NCBI GenBank assembly: GCA_964514815.1
Contig: CAZERV010000059.1
Location: 1-20,475, forward strand
Direction: 5' to 3'
Length of the DNA stretch: 20,475 nucleotides
Source: an uncultured Spirochaetaceae bacterium
Lineage (GTDB): Bacteria; Spirochaetota; Spirochaetia; SZUA-6; DRHE01
Below are positions 1 to 9,157 of this stretch, in pieces. Position 1 is the first letter of the stretch. Every line of letters begins with the position of its first letter. The position numbers and the translations under genes were made by a program. The notes beneath the pieces are model-generated. The model did not search any database. It was not told the DNA's origin and saw only the letters and a list, made by a program, of their open reading frames with translations.

Positions 1-352
1 CTATTTTTCCACCTTGCCCCTTGAGGTGGAAGAGGCGGCCATGATAGACGGGGTCGGGCCTTTTAAGACCTTTTTTAGGATTATCCTTCCCATGAGCTGG
101 CCGGGACTTGCCTCTGTCTCTTCGCTGCAGTTTACCTGGGTCTGGAATGATTTCTTCCTGGCGCTTATATTTATCTACGATCCGAATAAACTGGTAGCTA
201 CCCAGAGGATCCCCCTTTTAAGGGGCCAGTATCATGTGGACTGGGGAATTCTCACCTCGGCGGCTCTTTTAACAACTCTGGTTCCTCTGCTTGTCTTTAT
301 CCTGCTGCAGAAATACTTTGTTAAGGGCTTTATCGGCTTTGCCTCAAAATAA
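1..352 (+). CDS. Carbohydrate ABC transporter permease (MalG/UgpE-type), C-terminal fragment; the 5' end lies outside the window
   Basis: The frame is open from the window edge (ORF track start at 14 is an internal TTG). It carries the EAA loop of type I sugar ABC permeases (LEVEEAAMIDGVGPFKTFFRIILPMSWPG) and C-terminal TM helices. Stop at 350-352. Confidence 0.85.
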   Translation, partial: YFSTLPLEVEEAAMIDGVGPFKTFFRIILPMSWPGLASVSSLQFTWVWNDFFLALIFIYDPNKLVATQRIPLLRGQYHVDWGILTSAALLTTLVPLLVFILLQKYFVKGFIGFASK

Positions 353-375
353 CAGAGAAATCGAGGCTCATCGAA

Positions 376-1413
376 ATGGAAAAAAGGCGTGTTTCGGCAG
401 CGGATGTGGCCAAAAGAGCGGGTGTTTCGCGCACTACCGTATCTTTTGTTTTAAACAATACACCGGGAATGATTATCTCGGAAATGACCAGGCAGAGAGT
501 CCTGAAAGCTGTGGACGAGCTGGATTACCGGCCGAATGTATGGGCCCGAAACCTGGCCCTGACCAGGCGCCACTCCATCGGTCTCTTTATCTGTCATACC
601 GATTCCCTCTTTTCCGACGCCTATATCCTGAGCCTCATCCAGGGCATGTCAAAAATCCTCAACAAGCATCGCTTTCAACTGGTTCTTCAGCCTTTGAAGC
701 TCCGGCAGTTCAACTATCTTTCCCTGGCAGAGAAGGATAATGTGGACGGCATCATCCTGCTGAACACCCACGATAAAGATGAAGGTTTGGCTGAAATCAT
801 CGAAGCCGGCTTCCCGCTGGTTGTTATCGGAACCTTAGCGGATAAAAAGATCTTTCAGGTGGACATCGACAATTATTCAGCAGCCCGGCAGGTAATGAGC
901 TATCTTATAGGACTGGACCATCGAAGAATCGCTATGATCGTCCACGCGCCTCCTGTCTACTATGCCGCCCGGAAGAGGTTCCAGGGGTATAAAGATGCCC
1001 TCGATGAGGCGGGATTGGAGTACAGGGAGGCCATGATTGCGAACTTCACCGAAGAAAGCGGTTACAGGGCGATGAAAGAGCTTCTTTCCCTCACCGGTCG
1101 CCCCACCGCCTTGTTTGCCGGCAACGATATGATCGCCTATGGAGCCATTCAGGCAATCAAGGATGAGGGTTTGAATATACCGGAAGATCTGTCCATCGCC
1201 GGATTTGACGACGACTTTCTTTCCCGCTACCTGAATCCGCCCCTTACAACCATGTCCCTCCCGGCGCCCAGCCTGGGAGCAGAGGCAGCCAGGCTCCTGA
1301 TCGATCGGCTCTCAGGCAGGTTCACGGAGCAGAGGCAGATTCTGCTCTCACCGCATCTTTCGGTGCGCGAGAGCTGCCAGGCTTTGAACCGGCGGAGGTC
1401 CGCCGGTGGCTGA
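376..1413 (+). CDS. LacI-family transcriptional regulator
   Basis: N-terminal LacI HTH (VSAADVAKRAGVSRTTVSFVLNN) followed by a periplasmic-binding-protein-like sugar-binding core (IAMIVHAP...GYRAMKELL...FAGNDMIAYGAIQAIKDEG...SIAGFDD). It lies 23 bp downstream of the sugar permease. Confidence 0.9.
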   Translation: MEKRRVSAADVAKRAGVSRTTVSFVLNNTPGMIISEMTRQRVLKAVDELDYRPNVWARNLALTRRHSIGLFICHTDSLFSDAYILSLIQGMSKILNKHRFQLVLQPLKLRQFNYLSLAEKDNVDGIILLNTHDKDEGLAEIIEAGFPLVVIGTLADKKIFQVDIDNYSAARQVMSYLIGLDHRRIAMIVHAPPVYYAARKRFQGYKDALDEAGLEYREAMIANFTEESGYRAMKELLSLTGRPTALFAGNDMIAYGAIQAIKDEGLNIPEDLSIAGFDDDFLSRYLNPPLTTMSLPAPSLGAEAARLLIDRLSGRFTEQRQILLSPHLSVRESCQALNRRRSAGG

Positions 1414-4354
1414 CAGACCTTCCTCTGCCTATCCGCCGGATGAATGGAGAATCATCGAAGCAGAATTTCATAAGGACATGCTGCCCAGAAATGAAAGCAT
1501 CTTTACTGTCGGCAATGGGTATATCGGTCTGAGGGGCAATCTGGAAGAGAGGACAGGTTCCTATCAGGACGGAACGTACTTAAACGGTTTTTATGACTCA
1601 AACCCAATAGTCTATGCAGAAATCGCTCCCGGCTATGCCAGGAACAGCCAGACAATGCTCAACGTTACCGATGGAAAAGAGATTAAACTTTGGGTAGATA
1701 ATGAGCCCTTTGATCTTTGGGCAGGAACGATTCTGGACTACAGGCGCGTTCTGGATATGCGGAAAGGAGTTCTCACCAGGGAGGTTGTCTGGCAGTCTCC
1801 GGCCGGTAGAAAAATGGCCGTTCGCAGCACCCGGCTCGTATCTTTTTCACATAGGCATCTTGCCCTGATCTCCTATTCTGTCGAATCCCTGGACGGGGAA
1901 GCTTCGCTTGTTTTAAAATCCAGCCTGGACGGGAATGTACGAAATCAACCCAGCGGCAAAGATCCTCGAGTAGGTTCTGCTTTGAAAGGGCAGATTTTAA
2001 AGCCACAAGACCGGCATGCAGAGGGGAGCTTTGCCGCTCTTAAGCATGTGACCAGGAACACTCATTTTATTCTCAGCAGCGCCGCAGAGCATTGTCTTGA
2101 TGCTCACTGTCCCTTTACTATGGATACGGAACAAGAACCAAACCGCATTTCGGTTGTCTATCGGGTTCAGCTTAAGGAAAAGGAAGAGGTTCGTCTGTTT
2201 AAATATATTGCCTACTATACATCCAGGGATCATGATCCGGATGAGCTGATGCCACTGGCAAGGCAGGAGGTTTCCGCAGCTAAAGAAAAGGGCTTCGAGT
2301 ATTTCCTTTCCGATCAGAGGCGCTTTCTCAGGTCTTTCTGGAAAAAAAGCGATATCCGGATCGAGGGGGATCCTGCTGTTCAGCAGAGCCTGCACTTCAA
2401 TCTCTTCCATCTGCTCCAGTCGGCGGGGCGGGACGGAAGGACCGGTGTTGCGGCCAAGGGCCTGACCGGGGAGGGATATGAAGGACACTATTTCTGGGAT
2501 ACGGAAATCTATGTGCTGCCTTTCTTTATTTATACCAACCCGGAAATTGCCCGGAAGCTGGTCGAGTTTCGCGGTAGTATTCTGGATAAGGCGCGACAGA
2601 GGGCTTCTGAAGTGTCCCAGAAGGGCGCTCTTTTCCCCTGGCGCACGATAAACGGAGAGGAGTGCTCAGCCTATTATCCGGCAGGAACGGCCCAGTACCA
2701 CATCAATGCGGATATTGTCTATGCCATGAGAAAATACATCGAGGTTTCCGGGGACCTGGATTTTTTGAGGCAGGCCGGCGCAGAGACTCTGTTCGAGACG
2801 GCCAGGTTCTGGGTAGACTTTGGAGATTATATCCCGAAAAAAGAAGGCCGCTTCTGCCTCAACTGTGTTACCGGGCCGGATGAGTACACGGCCGTTGTAA
2901 ACAACAACACCTATACTAACCTGATGGCCATGGATCACCTGGAGTACGCGGTAAAAACAGCCGGGATGCTGAAACAGAAATATCCGAATGATTTTGCTGA
3001 GGTATCTGAAAGAATAAGTCTCAAGGAAGAAGAGATATTGGCATGGGAAAAAGCCGCATCCGGCATCTATCCCCAGGATGACTCCTTTTTCGATAAAGCG
3101 GTCTGGAGTTTCGAAAAAACTCCGGAGAGGTGCTACCCCCTCCTTCTCCACTATCATCCGTTAGTCATCTACCGCCATCAGGTGCTCAAGCAGCCTGATC
3201 TGGTGCTGGCCCTGTTTCTTCAGGGGAACCGATTCACCGCTGCGGAAAAAAAGAGAAACTTTGACTATTACGACCCCCTTACGACGGGTGATTCTTCCCT
3301 TTCTCCCTGCGTTCAGAGTGTTGTTGCCGCAGAAATCGGGTACACGGAGCTGGCCTACCGCTATTTTATGCAGACAGCAAGAATCGACCTTGAAGATTCA
3401 AATAATAACGTGAGGTACGGCGTCCATACGGCGGCGATGGGCGGCGCCTGGATATCGCTCGTCTATGGATTTGCGGGAATGCGGGATTTTGGGGGATGCT
3501 TAAGCTTTCGGCCCAGACTGCCTGCCTCCTGGACCAGGCTTTGTTTTAAGCTAATCGTACAGGGAAATACTATAAACATTGATATAAGAAAGGATTCGGT
3601 TATCTACACTCTTATCTCGGGCCCGGGGATTAGCATTACCCATGAAAAATCAACCATACACCTTTCACCCGGCACTCCGGTCACTGTCAGCCTGAAATCC
3701 AGGATCGAAGCCGTTATTTTCGACTTAGACGGCGTGATTACCGATACAGCGGAATGTCATTATAAGTCCTGGAAAAGGCTGGCCGATGAGCTCGATATTC
3801 CCTTTACCAGAGGGGATAATGAGTCGCTCAAAGGGGTCAGCCGTATGGAATCCCTCGACATTATCCTCAACAAAGGCGGGAGATCCTGCTCGCAAGAGGA
3901 GAAGGAAGCCCTGGCTGAGAGGAAGAACGAGTATTACCGCCGGCTCATCGCCGGGATAACCCCGGAAGATCTTCTTCCGGGCATTAAGAGTCTCCTTGAA
4001 GAGCTGAAGGGAGCCGGGATCAAGCTCGCCCTGGCCTCAGTGAGTAGAAACGCCCAGACTGTCATCGATAATCTTCAGGTCGGGGAGTATTTTGACCTCA
4101 TCGTCGATCCGGCAGCGATCCGGATGGGAAAACCCGATCCCGAGATATTCCTCCAGGCTGCCGATCGACTGAACATACCGTACAGAAACTGCGTGGGCGT
4201 CGAGGATGCCCAGGCAGGAGTAGCGGCCATCAAGGCTGCCGGAATGTTCGCAGTTGGGATCGGCTCTTCTCTTAACGGCGCCGACTGGAAGGCTGCGGAT
4301 ACGTCCCAGCTCTCCTGGTCTGAGCTGAACAGGCGCTTCTTATTGATAGGATAA
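1406..4354 (+). CDS. GH65 alpha-glucoside (kojibiose/maltose/trehalose-type) phosphorylase fused in-frame to a C-terminal beta-phosphoglucomutase (HAD) domain
   Basis: GTG start overlaps the LacI stop by 8 nt; GGAGG at 1394-1398. GH65 N-terminal motif FTVGNGYIGLRGNLEE and catalytic region GEGYEGHYFWDTEIYVLPFF. From about nt 3668 there is a complete beta-PGM domain: DLDGVITDT nucleophile motif, LASVSRN, GKPDPEIF and GVEDAQAGVAAIKAAG. Total 982 aa, about 755 aa GH65 plus about 225 aa beta-PGM. Confidence 0.9.
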   Translation: MADRPSSAYPPDEWRIIEAEFHKDMLPRNESIFTVGNGYIGLRGNLEERTGSYQDGTYLNGFYDSNPIVYAEIAPGYARNSQTMLNVTDGKEIKLWVDNEPFDLWAGTILDYRRVLDMRKGVLTREVVWQSPAGRKMAVRSTRLVSFSHRHLALISYSVESLDGEASLVLKSSLDGNVRNQPSGKDPRVGSALKGQILKPQDRHAEGSFAALKHVTRNTHFILSSAAEHCLDAHCPFTMDTEQEPNRISVVYRVQLKEKEEVRLFKYIAYYTSRDHDPDELMPLARQEVSAAKEKGFEYFLSDQRRFLRSFWKKSDIRIEGDPAVQQSLHFNLFHLLQSAGRDGRTGVAAKGLTGEGYEGHYFWDTEIYVLPFFIYTNPEIARKLVEFRGSILDKARQRASEVSQKGALFPWRTINGEECSAYYPAGTAQYHINADIVYAMRKYIEVSGDLDFLRQAGAETLFETARFWVDFGDYIPKKEGRFCLNCVTGPDEYTAVVNNNTYTNLMAMDHLEYAVKTAGMLKQKYPNDFAEVSERISLKEEEILAWEKAASGIYPQDDSFFDKAVWSFEKTPERCYPLLLHYHPLVIYRHQVLKQPDLVLALFLQGNRFTAAEKKRNFDYYDPLTTGDSSLSPCVQSVVAAEIGYTELAYRYFMQTARIDLEDSNNNVRYGVHTAAMGGAWISLVYGFAGMRDFGGCLSFRPRLPASWTRLCFKLIVQGNTINIDIRKDSVIYTLISGPGISITHEKSTIHLSPGTPVTVSLKSRIEAVIFDLDGVITDTAECHYKSWKRLADELDIPFTRGDNESLKGVSRMESLDIILNKGGRSCSQEEKEALAERKNEYYRRLIAGITPEDLLPGIKSLLEELKGAGIKLALASVSRNAQTVIDNLQVGEYFDLIVDPAAIRMGKPDPEIFLQAADRLNIPYRNCVGVEDAQAGVAAIKAAGMFAVGIGSSLNGADWKAADTSQLSWSELNRRFLLIG

Positions 4355-4481
4355 CTATAGAAAGCTACAGCTTTTCAGGCAGCTAGGGGAATCAGCGGGG
4401 TTATGAGAGCCGGATTGCACAGCCTGCTTATTTCGTGATAATTTAATTAAGGAACTCTATAAAGTAAGGTTTGGCTTAATT

Positions 4482-5552
4482 ATGCGAAAGAAACTGGAAG
4501 AAATACTCGAGCGCTATCAGGAAGTGCAGCGGCAGGTTTCAGACCCGGTCATCCTTAAGGACCAGAAGCGTTACAAGGAGCTGATGCAGGAGAACGCCTT
4601 CCTGACCGAGATAGCCGATAAATATGAAGACTATAAAAAGATTGAGGAAGAAATGGCCGCTGCTCACGATCTTATTGAGGAAGCGGGGGATAATGAGATG
4701 CAGGACCTGGCCAGGGAAGAGCTTAAATACCTGGAAAAGAAGAGAGAAGAGCTTAATCAGAAGCTAAAAGTCCTCTTGATTCCCAAAGATCCCTTAGATT
4801 TAAAGAATATTATCATGGAGATCCGGGCCGGGACCGGTGGGGATGAGGCCGCCCTGTTCGCCGCGGACCTCTTTCGAATGTATTCTCACTTTGCCGAGGG
4901 AAAAAACTGGAAAGTCGAGATCCTGTCCGCCCAGGAGACCGAAATCAGGGGATTCAAGGAGATTTTCTTTTCGATTGCGGGAAAGAGTGTCTATGAAAGC
5001 CTTCGTTATGAGAGCGGGGTCCACCGGGTCCAGAGGGTGCCGGTCACCGAGTCCGGGGGCAGGATTCACACTTCGGCCGTGACGGTCGCCGTATTACCGG
5101 AGGCGGAAGCCACCGATGTGGAGATCAAGCAGGAGGACCTGCGCGTCGATGTTTACCGTTCATCCGGTCCGGGCGGCCAGAGCGTAAACACTACCGATTC
5201 GGCCGTGCGGATCAACCACCTTCCCACCGGATTGGTGGTCACCTGCCAGGATGAGAAGTCACAGCATAAGAACAAGGCCAAGGCGCTTCGCGTTCTCAGG
5301 GCCCGGCTCTACGAGCTGGAGGAGAGAAAGAGGCAGGAAGCCCGGGCGAAAGAAAGGAAGAGCCAGGTAGGAAGCGGCGACCGCTCCGAGCGGATCAGGA
5401 CCTATAACTTTCCCCAGAACCGGGTTACGGAGCACCGGACCGGCCTGACCCTTTACAGGCTCGAAGAAGTACTCCTCGGAACTTTGGATGAGATTATCTA
5501 CTCCTTAAAACTGAATGCCAGGGAGGAGTTCTTGAAATCGGGATCGTCATGA
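4482..5552 (+). CDS. prfA: Peptide chain release factor 1
   Basis: PCRF domain, RF1-type PxT tripeptide ([15 protein letters not shown]) and universal GGQ motif ([24 protein letters not shown]). 356 aa. Confidence 0.93.
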   Translation: MRKKLEEILERYQEVQRQVSDPVILKDQKRYKELMQENAFLTEIADKYEDYKKIEEEMAAAHDLIEEAGDNEMQDLAREELKYLEKKREELNQKLKVLLIPKDPLDLKNIIMEIRAGTGGDEAALFAADLFRMYSHFAEGKNWKVEILSAQETEIRGFKEIFFSIAGKSVYESLRYESGVHRVQRVPVTESGGRIHTSAVTVAVLPEAEATDVEIKQEDLRVDVYRSSGPGGQSVNTTDSAVRINHLPTGLVVTCQDEKSQHKNKAKALRVLRARLYELEERKRQEARAKERKSQVGSGDRSERIRTYNFPQNRVTEHRTGLTLYRLEEVLLGTLDEIIYSLKLNAREEFLKSGSS

Positions 5553-6391
5553 CCGTTCAGACCGTCCTGAGAGAGGGACAATCTATTCTTTTTTATGCGG
5601 AAGTGGAGACACCGGTATTGGATGCCACCGTTCTGCTGGCCGAAGCCCTGGAGGTCAGCAAGGAGAGGCTCCTCGCTTCCTTTCCCGATACTGTTGATGA
5701 AGGAGGCTACCGGAGATACCGCCGCCTGCTGGATTTAAGGTGTTCCGGACGGCCGGTTTCTTATATCAGGAAAAAAAAAGAGTTTTACAGCCTGGAGTTT
5801 TACGTGGATGAGCGGGTCCTGGTGCCCAGACCCGATACCGAGACCCTGGTTGATGAAGCCCTGGATCTGATCCGGGAAAATCCGGGGACGGTGAGATGTC
5901 ACGATCTCTGCACCGGCAGCGGCTGCCTGGCCATCACTCTTAAAGCTTGCCGGCCGGATTCGGAAATCTCAGCCTCTGATATATCTCCTGAGGCGGAAGA
6001 AGTTTTCAGGATTAACTGCGAAAATATTCTCGGCTTCCAGATTCCGTTTTATGTTTCCGATCTATTGGTCGATGTGCCGGACCGGTTCGACCTTATTGCC
6101 GCCAATCCCCCCTACCTGACCGACCGGGAAGTGGAAAACCTGAAAAAGATCGGCTGGCCGGAGCCTGCGCTGGCCCTGAAAGGGGGACCGGAAGGACTTT
6201 CTATAGCCCGGCGGCTGATTCGGCAGGCCCCGGAGAAATTGAGCGACCGGGGCGCCCTGATCCTGGAAGCCTCGCCCGGTCAAATAAAGTCCCTTACCGC
6301 CTTGCTGGAAGAAGCAGGATTTCGGGAAATTGCCGTCAGAAAAGACCTGGCCGGCAGGGAACGGGTGATCAGGGCAAGGATTCATAAATAA
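5549..6391 (+). CDS. prmC: Release factor glutamine N5-methyltransferase PrmC/HemK
   Basis: ATGA overlap with the prfA stop. SAM-binding motif ([11 protein letters not shown]) and catalytic NPPY motif (IAANPPYL). Conserved prfA-prmC synteny. Confidence 0.9.
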   Translation: MTVQTVLREGQSILFYAEVETPVLDATVLLAEALEVSKERLLASFPDTVDEGGYRRYRRLLDLRCSGRPVSYIRKKKEFYSLEFYVDERVLVPRPDTETLVDEALDLIRENPGTVRCHDLCTGSGCLAITLKACRPDSEISASDISPEAEEVFRINCENILGFQIPFYVSDLLVDVPDRFDLIAANPPYLTDREVENLKKIGWPEPALALKGGPEGLSIARRLIRQAPEKLSDRGALILEASPGQIKSLTALLEEAGFREIAVRKDLAGRERVIRARIHK

Positions 6392-8406
6392 TGTCAGGAA
6401 TCAAGACCCGGGTTCACGAATTTGCGGAAAAACTAGAATTCTATGCTGTAGAAGAAAGAAAGAAGATCCTCTCCGCGGTCCGTTGGGCGGAAGGACTACA
6501 TCATAACCAGAAGAGAGCCAGCGGAGAGCCTTATATCATTCATCCCCTAAGCGTAGCGGAGACCCTGGTCCGGACCCGGATGGATTACCGGACCGTAATT
6601 GCCGGGCTCCTTCACGATGTGCTCGAGGACACGGGGATTACTCATAAGGAATTGCGCAAGGAATACGGCAGGGAAGTGGAAGCCCTGGTTCAGGGAGTGA
6701 CCAAGATCTCGATAATCCGGGGGATGAGCAAGTCCGTTCAGCAGGCGGAGACCATTCGCAAGATGCTCTTTGCCATGGTCAAAGATGTTCGTGTCATTCT
6801 GATCAAGCTGGCCGATAAGCTTCACAATATGCGCACCCTGGAGTACCTGGAAGAAGGCAACCGGAAAAGGATCGCTACCGAATGCCTGGAAATTTATGCC
6901 CCCCTGGCCGGGCGGCTGGGCATCTCCCGAATCAAGATTGAGTTGGAAGACCTCTCTCTCAAATATCTGAACCCCGAGGTCTTTGAACAGGTAAGAAGGT
7001 ATATAGCGGAGAAAAGGGATGATCGCAGTGATTTTCTCACCCGGCTGGAAGAAGGCATAACTAAAGAAGCAGGAAGGGCCGGCATCAAGATTGAGATCGA
7101 GACCAGGGCCAAGCACTTCTATTCTATCTATAAAAAGATGAAACGAAAGGGCAAGTTCCTGGATGAAATCTACGATCTATTCGGGGTGAGAATTCTCTGT
7201 GACACTCCGGGCCAGTGCTATGAGATTCTGGGTATCGTGCATAAGCTCTGGAAACCCCTGGAGGGCAGGTTTAAGGATTATATAGCCATGCCCAAGTCGA
7301 ACCGCTACCAGAGCCTTCACACCTCGGTAATGGGTTACGGGGGAAAAAGGATCGAGATCCAGATCCGGACCTACCTGATGCACCAGATGGCGGAGAACGG
7401 CATCGCGGCCCACTGGCTTTATAAAAGCGAGTTTGCCAGAGATTCCCTCAAGCCGGAACAGCTTACCGTCATCAACATGCTTAAGAACTGGTACGGGGAG
7501 AAGGGGGCCTCCGGCGAATTCCTGGAGGAGATCAAGCGGGAGCTCTTGAAAGATTCCATCTATGTGTTTACGCCTAAGGGAGATGTGATCGAGCTTCCCA
7601 AAGGGTCCACCGCCCTGGATTTCGCTTACCGCATTCATACGGAAGTTGGCAACCACTGTCTGGCCGCCAAGGCGGACGGGGTGCTGATTCAGCTCAAAGA
7701 GGAGCTCAAGAATACCCAGGTCATTGAGGTAATCACCTCCAATACGTCCCGGCCCCACCTGAACTGGCTGCGCTCTGTGCGAACCGCCTCGGCTCGCTCA
7801 AGGATAAGACACTGGCTGAATCAGCACGATGCCGATCTGTTTATTGACCGCAACATCGTAGCTAAAAAGAAAAGCGAAATCCCGGCGGCCAGACCCGTGC
7901 GAAAGAAAAAGGAACAGGAGCCGTCCCAACTATGGCAGGAAAAAAAGGTCCAGGATAAAACAAAGGTCGGCATAAGGATCGGCAATGAGCGAAACATGAT
8001 GATCCGGCTGGCTCAATGCTGTGAGCCGATATCCGGAGACGCCATTATCGGCTATGTTTCCCGGGGAAGGGGTATTATCGTCCATAAAGCCGACTGCCCG
8101 AATTTGAAATATATTAAGGATTTTTCCGAGCGCAGTATCGAAGTGGAGTGGGCGACCGTTTCTCCAAAGGCCACCCGCACTTTTCAGGTCACGGCCCGCC
8201 TCACTTCCAATCTCTTCTCCGAGATAGAAGGGGCGATCAGGAAGTTTAGGGGCCATCTGATCGAGGGAAAGCTGGAAGAAAGTAATCCTGAAACCCTGCA
8301 GGGCTTTTTTACGTTGGAATTGGAGAATATAGAAGACTTCGGGAAGGTACTAAAAAGTGTGAGAACGATTCCTTCGGTTACGAACATAAGGACAATGAGC
8401 TATTAA
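6391..8406 (+). CDS. rel: Bifunctional (p)ppGpp synthetase/hydrolase, RelA/SpoT family
   Basis: 1-nt overlap with the prmC stop. N-terminal HD hydrolase (HPLSVAETL...LLHDVLEDT), RelA_SpoT synthetase (YKKMKRKGKFLDEIYDLFGVRILC...YQSLHTSV), TGS (IYVFTPKGDVIELPKGSTALDFAYRIHTEVG), Cys-containing ZFD/RIS region (CCEP...GYVSRGRGIIVHKADCPN) and C-terminal ACT/RRM. At 671 aa it is shorter than typical, with a Lys-rich linker. Confidence 0.92.
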   Translation: MSGIKTRVHEFAEKLEFYAVEERKKILSAVRWAEGLHHNQKRASGEPYIIHPLSVAETLVRTRMDYRTVIAGLLHDVLEDTGITHKELRKEYGREVEALVQGVTKISIIRGMSKSVQQAETIRKMLFAMVKDVRVILIKLADKLHNMRTLEYLEEGNRKRIATECLEIYAPLAGRLGISRIKIELEDLSLKYLNPEVFEQVRRYIAEKRDDRSDFLTRLEEGITKEAGRAGIKIEIETRAKHFYSIYKKMKRKGKFLDEIYDLFGVRILCDTPGQCYEILGIVHKLWKPLEGRFKDYIAMPKSNRYQSLHTSVMGYGGKRIEIQIRTYLMHQMAENGIAAHWLYKSEFARDSLKPEQLTVINMLKNWYGEKGASGEFLEEIKRELLKDSIYVFTPKGDVIELPKGSTALDFAYRIHTEVGNHCLAAKADGVLIQLKEELKNTQVIEVITSNTSRPHLNWLRSVRTASARSRIRHWLNQHDADLFIDRNIVAKKKSEIPAARPVRKKKEQEPSQLWQEKKVQDKTKVGIRIGNERNMMIRLAQCCEPISGDAIIGYVSRGRGIIVHKADCPNLKYIKDFSERSIEVEWATVSPKATRTFQVTARLTSNLFSEIEGAIRKFRGHLIEGKLEESNPETLQGFFTLELENIEDFGKVLKSVRTIPSVTNIRTMSY

Positions 8407-8555
8407 GCTCCACTGCACTCGCCAGACAGCCAATGACTTAAAAAGCAATTGTAGCCAGTTTGAAATGGGAGGCTAAGGTTTCGAAGTGGTTATCCAGGTG
8501 GAGAATGGCGGCTTTATGCTTTCCGGCCGAGGCGGCGATAATGAGATCTAAAGCA

Positions 8556-8578
8556 GGTATGGTTATACCCTTTTTTAG
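8556..8578 (+). terminator. Weak candidate rho-independent terminator downstream of rel
   Basis: GGTAT-ggtt-ATACC hairpin (5-bp stem) followed by CTTTTTT. The stem is short and AT-rich, so the call is weak. It lies about 150 nt after the rel stop. Confidence 0.3.
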
Positions 8579-8666
8579 TTTTGGCGCCTCCTCATATCAC
8601 CACTAATATACACCAAAATGCTTATGCCGGTAACCCGCTTGCTACGGGTCGGCCAGAAAAAAAGTC

Positions 8667-8695
8667 TTGACAAAGTTGTACTAATGTACTAAATT
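8667..8695 (+). promoter_or_regulatory. Sigma70-like promoter for the GntR-SPFH-ABC operon
   Basis: Perfect -35 TTGACA (8667-8672), a 17-nt spacer, then TAAATT (8690-8695) as the -10. The AT-rich context is unique in this GC-rich window. It lies about 40 nt upstream of the GntR start. Confidence 0.55.
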
Positions 8696-8720
8696 ATTAT
8701 TGTATTAATACATTAATACA
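8677..8720 (+). promoter_or_regulatory. Candidate operator for the YtrA/GntR-family repressor: TGTAYTAA half-site array
   Basis: Tandem direct repeat TGTACTAA TGTACTAA (8677-8692) overlaps the spacer and -10. It is followed by the perfect 12-bp palindrome TGTATTAATACA (8701-8712) and an extra inverted half-site TTAATACA (8713-8720). This gives five TGTAYTAA-type half-sites in the arrangement -> -> -> <- <-. The GT...AC core fits the GntR-family operator style. Confidence 0.5.
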
Positions 8721-8734
8721 ACTTGGAGTGTAAG

Positions 8735-9157
8735 GTGGGACAAAGATTGGCTTTCAGCCTGGACCTGAAGAACGGGGTGCCCTTCTATAAACAGATCATC
8801 CTGCAGATCCAGATGGCCATGGCCGACGGCAGGCTCACGACGGGGGACCAACTCCCCACCGTGCGCAGCCTGGCGGTGGACCTCCAGGTAAATCCGAATA
8901 CGGTAGCCCGGGCCTACAGTGAGCTGGAGATCCGGGGGATAGTAAACACCCAACAGGGAACAGGCACCTTTATAAGCGATAAGAAGATAGAGCTTAACGA
9001 AGTGGAAAGAGAAAAGATTTTAGCCGAGATTTCCAGGACCTTCATAACGAGAGCTGCCTCATACGGTTTTACCATCGAAGAGATCACTCGTTACCTGGAT
9101 GAGCTCGACGGTAAAGAAGTTTCGTTCCGGGAGGAAGAAAATGTACTGGAAGGTTAA
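8735..9157 (+). CDS. GntR-family transcriptional regulator, YtrA-like short subfamily
   Basis: Winged HTH of the GntR family (PFYKQIILQIQMAMADGRLTTGDQLPTVRSLAVDLQVNPNTVARAYSELEIRGIVNTQQGTGTFIS) followed by a short, roughly 60-aa C-terminal tail, as in YtrA-type regulators that precede ABC transporter operons. The start is ambiguous: TTG 8723 (ORF track), GTG 8735 (GGAG at 8725-8728, 6-nt spacer) or TTG 8747 (AAGGTGGGA at 8732-8740). Confidence 0.85.
   Translation: MGQRLAFSLDLKNGVPFYKQIILQIQMAMADGRLTTGDQLPTVRSLAVDLQVNPNTVARAYSELEIRGIVNTQQGTGTFISDKKIELNEVEREKILAEISRTFITRAASYGFTIEEITRYLDELDGKEVSFREEENVLEG

Noticed and set aside
353-375. ATCGA...ATCGA repeat between the permease and the LacI start, as a possible LacI operator
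   Set aside because: It is a direct repeat, not the palindromic TGNAANCGNTTNCA-type site expected for LacI-family operators. The real operator is probably upstream of the transporter operon outside the window.
291-740. 149-aa + strand ORF overlapping the end of the permease and the start of LacI
   Set aside because: It is out of frame with both and its translation is Cys/Gly/Arg-rich nonsense. The LacI HTH in the other frame is unambiguous.
5771-5779. A9 homopolymer inside prmC (encoding KKK). Also A8 at 10946-10953 in the RBS spacer of the first permease
   Set aside because: A homopolymer like this could be a slippage or phase-variation site. But the frame is intact, and lysine codon runs are common. 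Without population data there is no evidence of variation.
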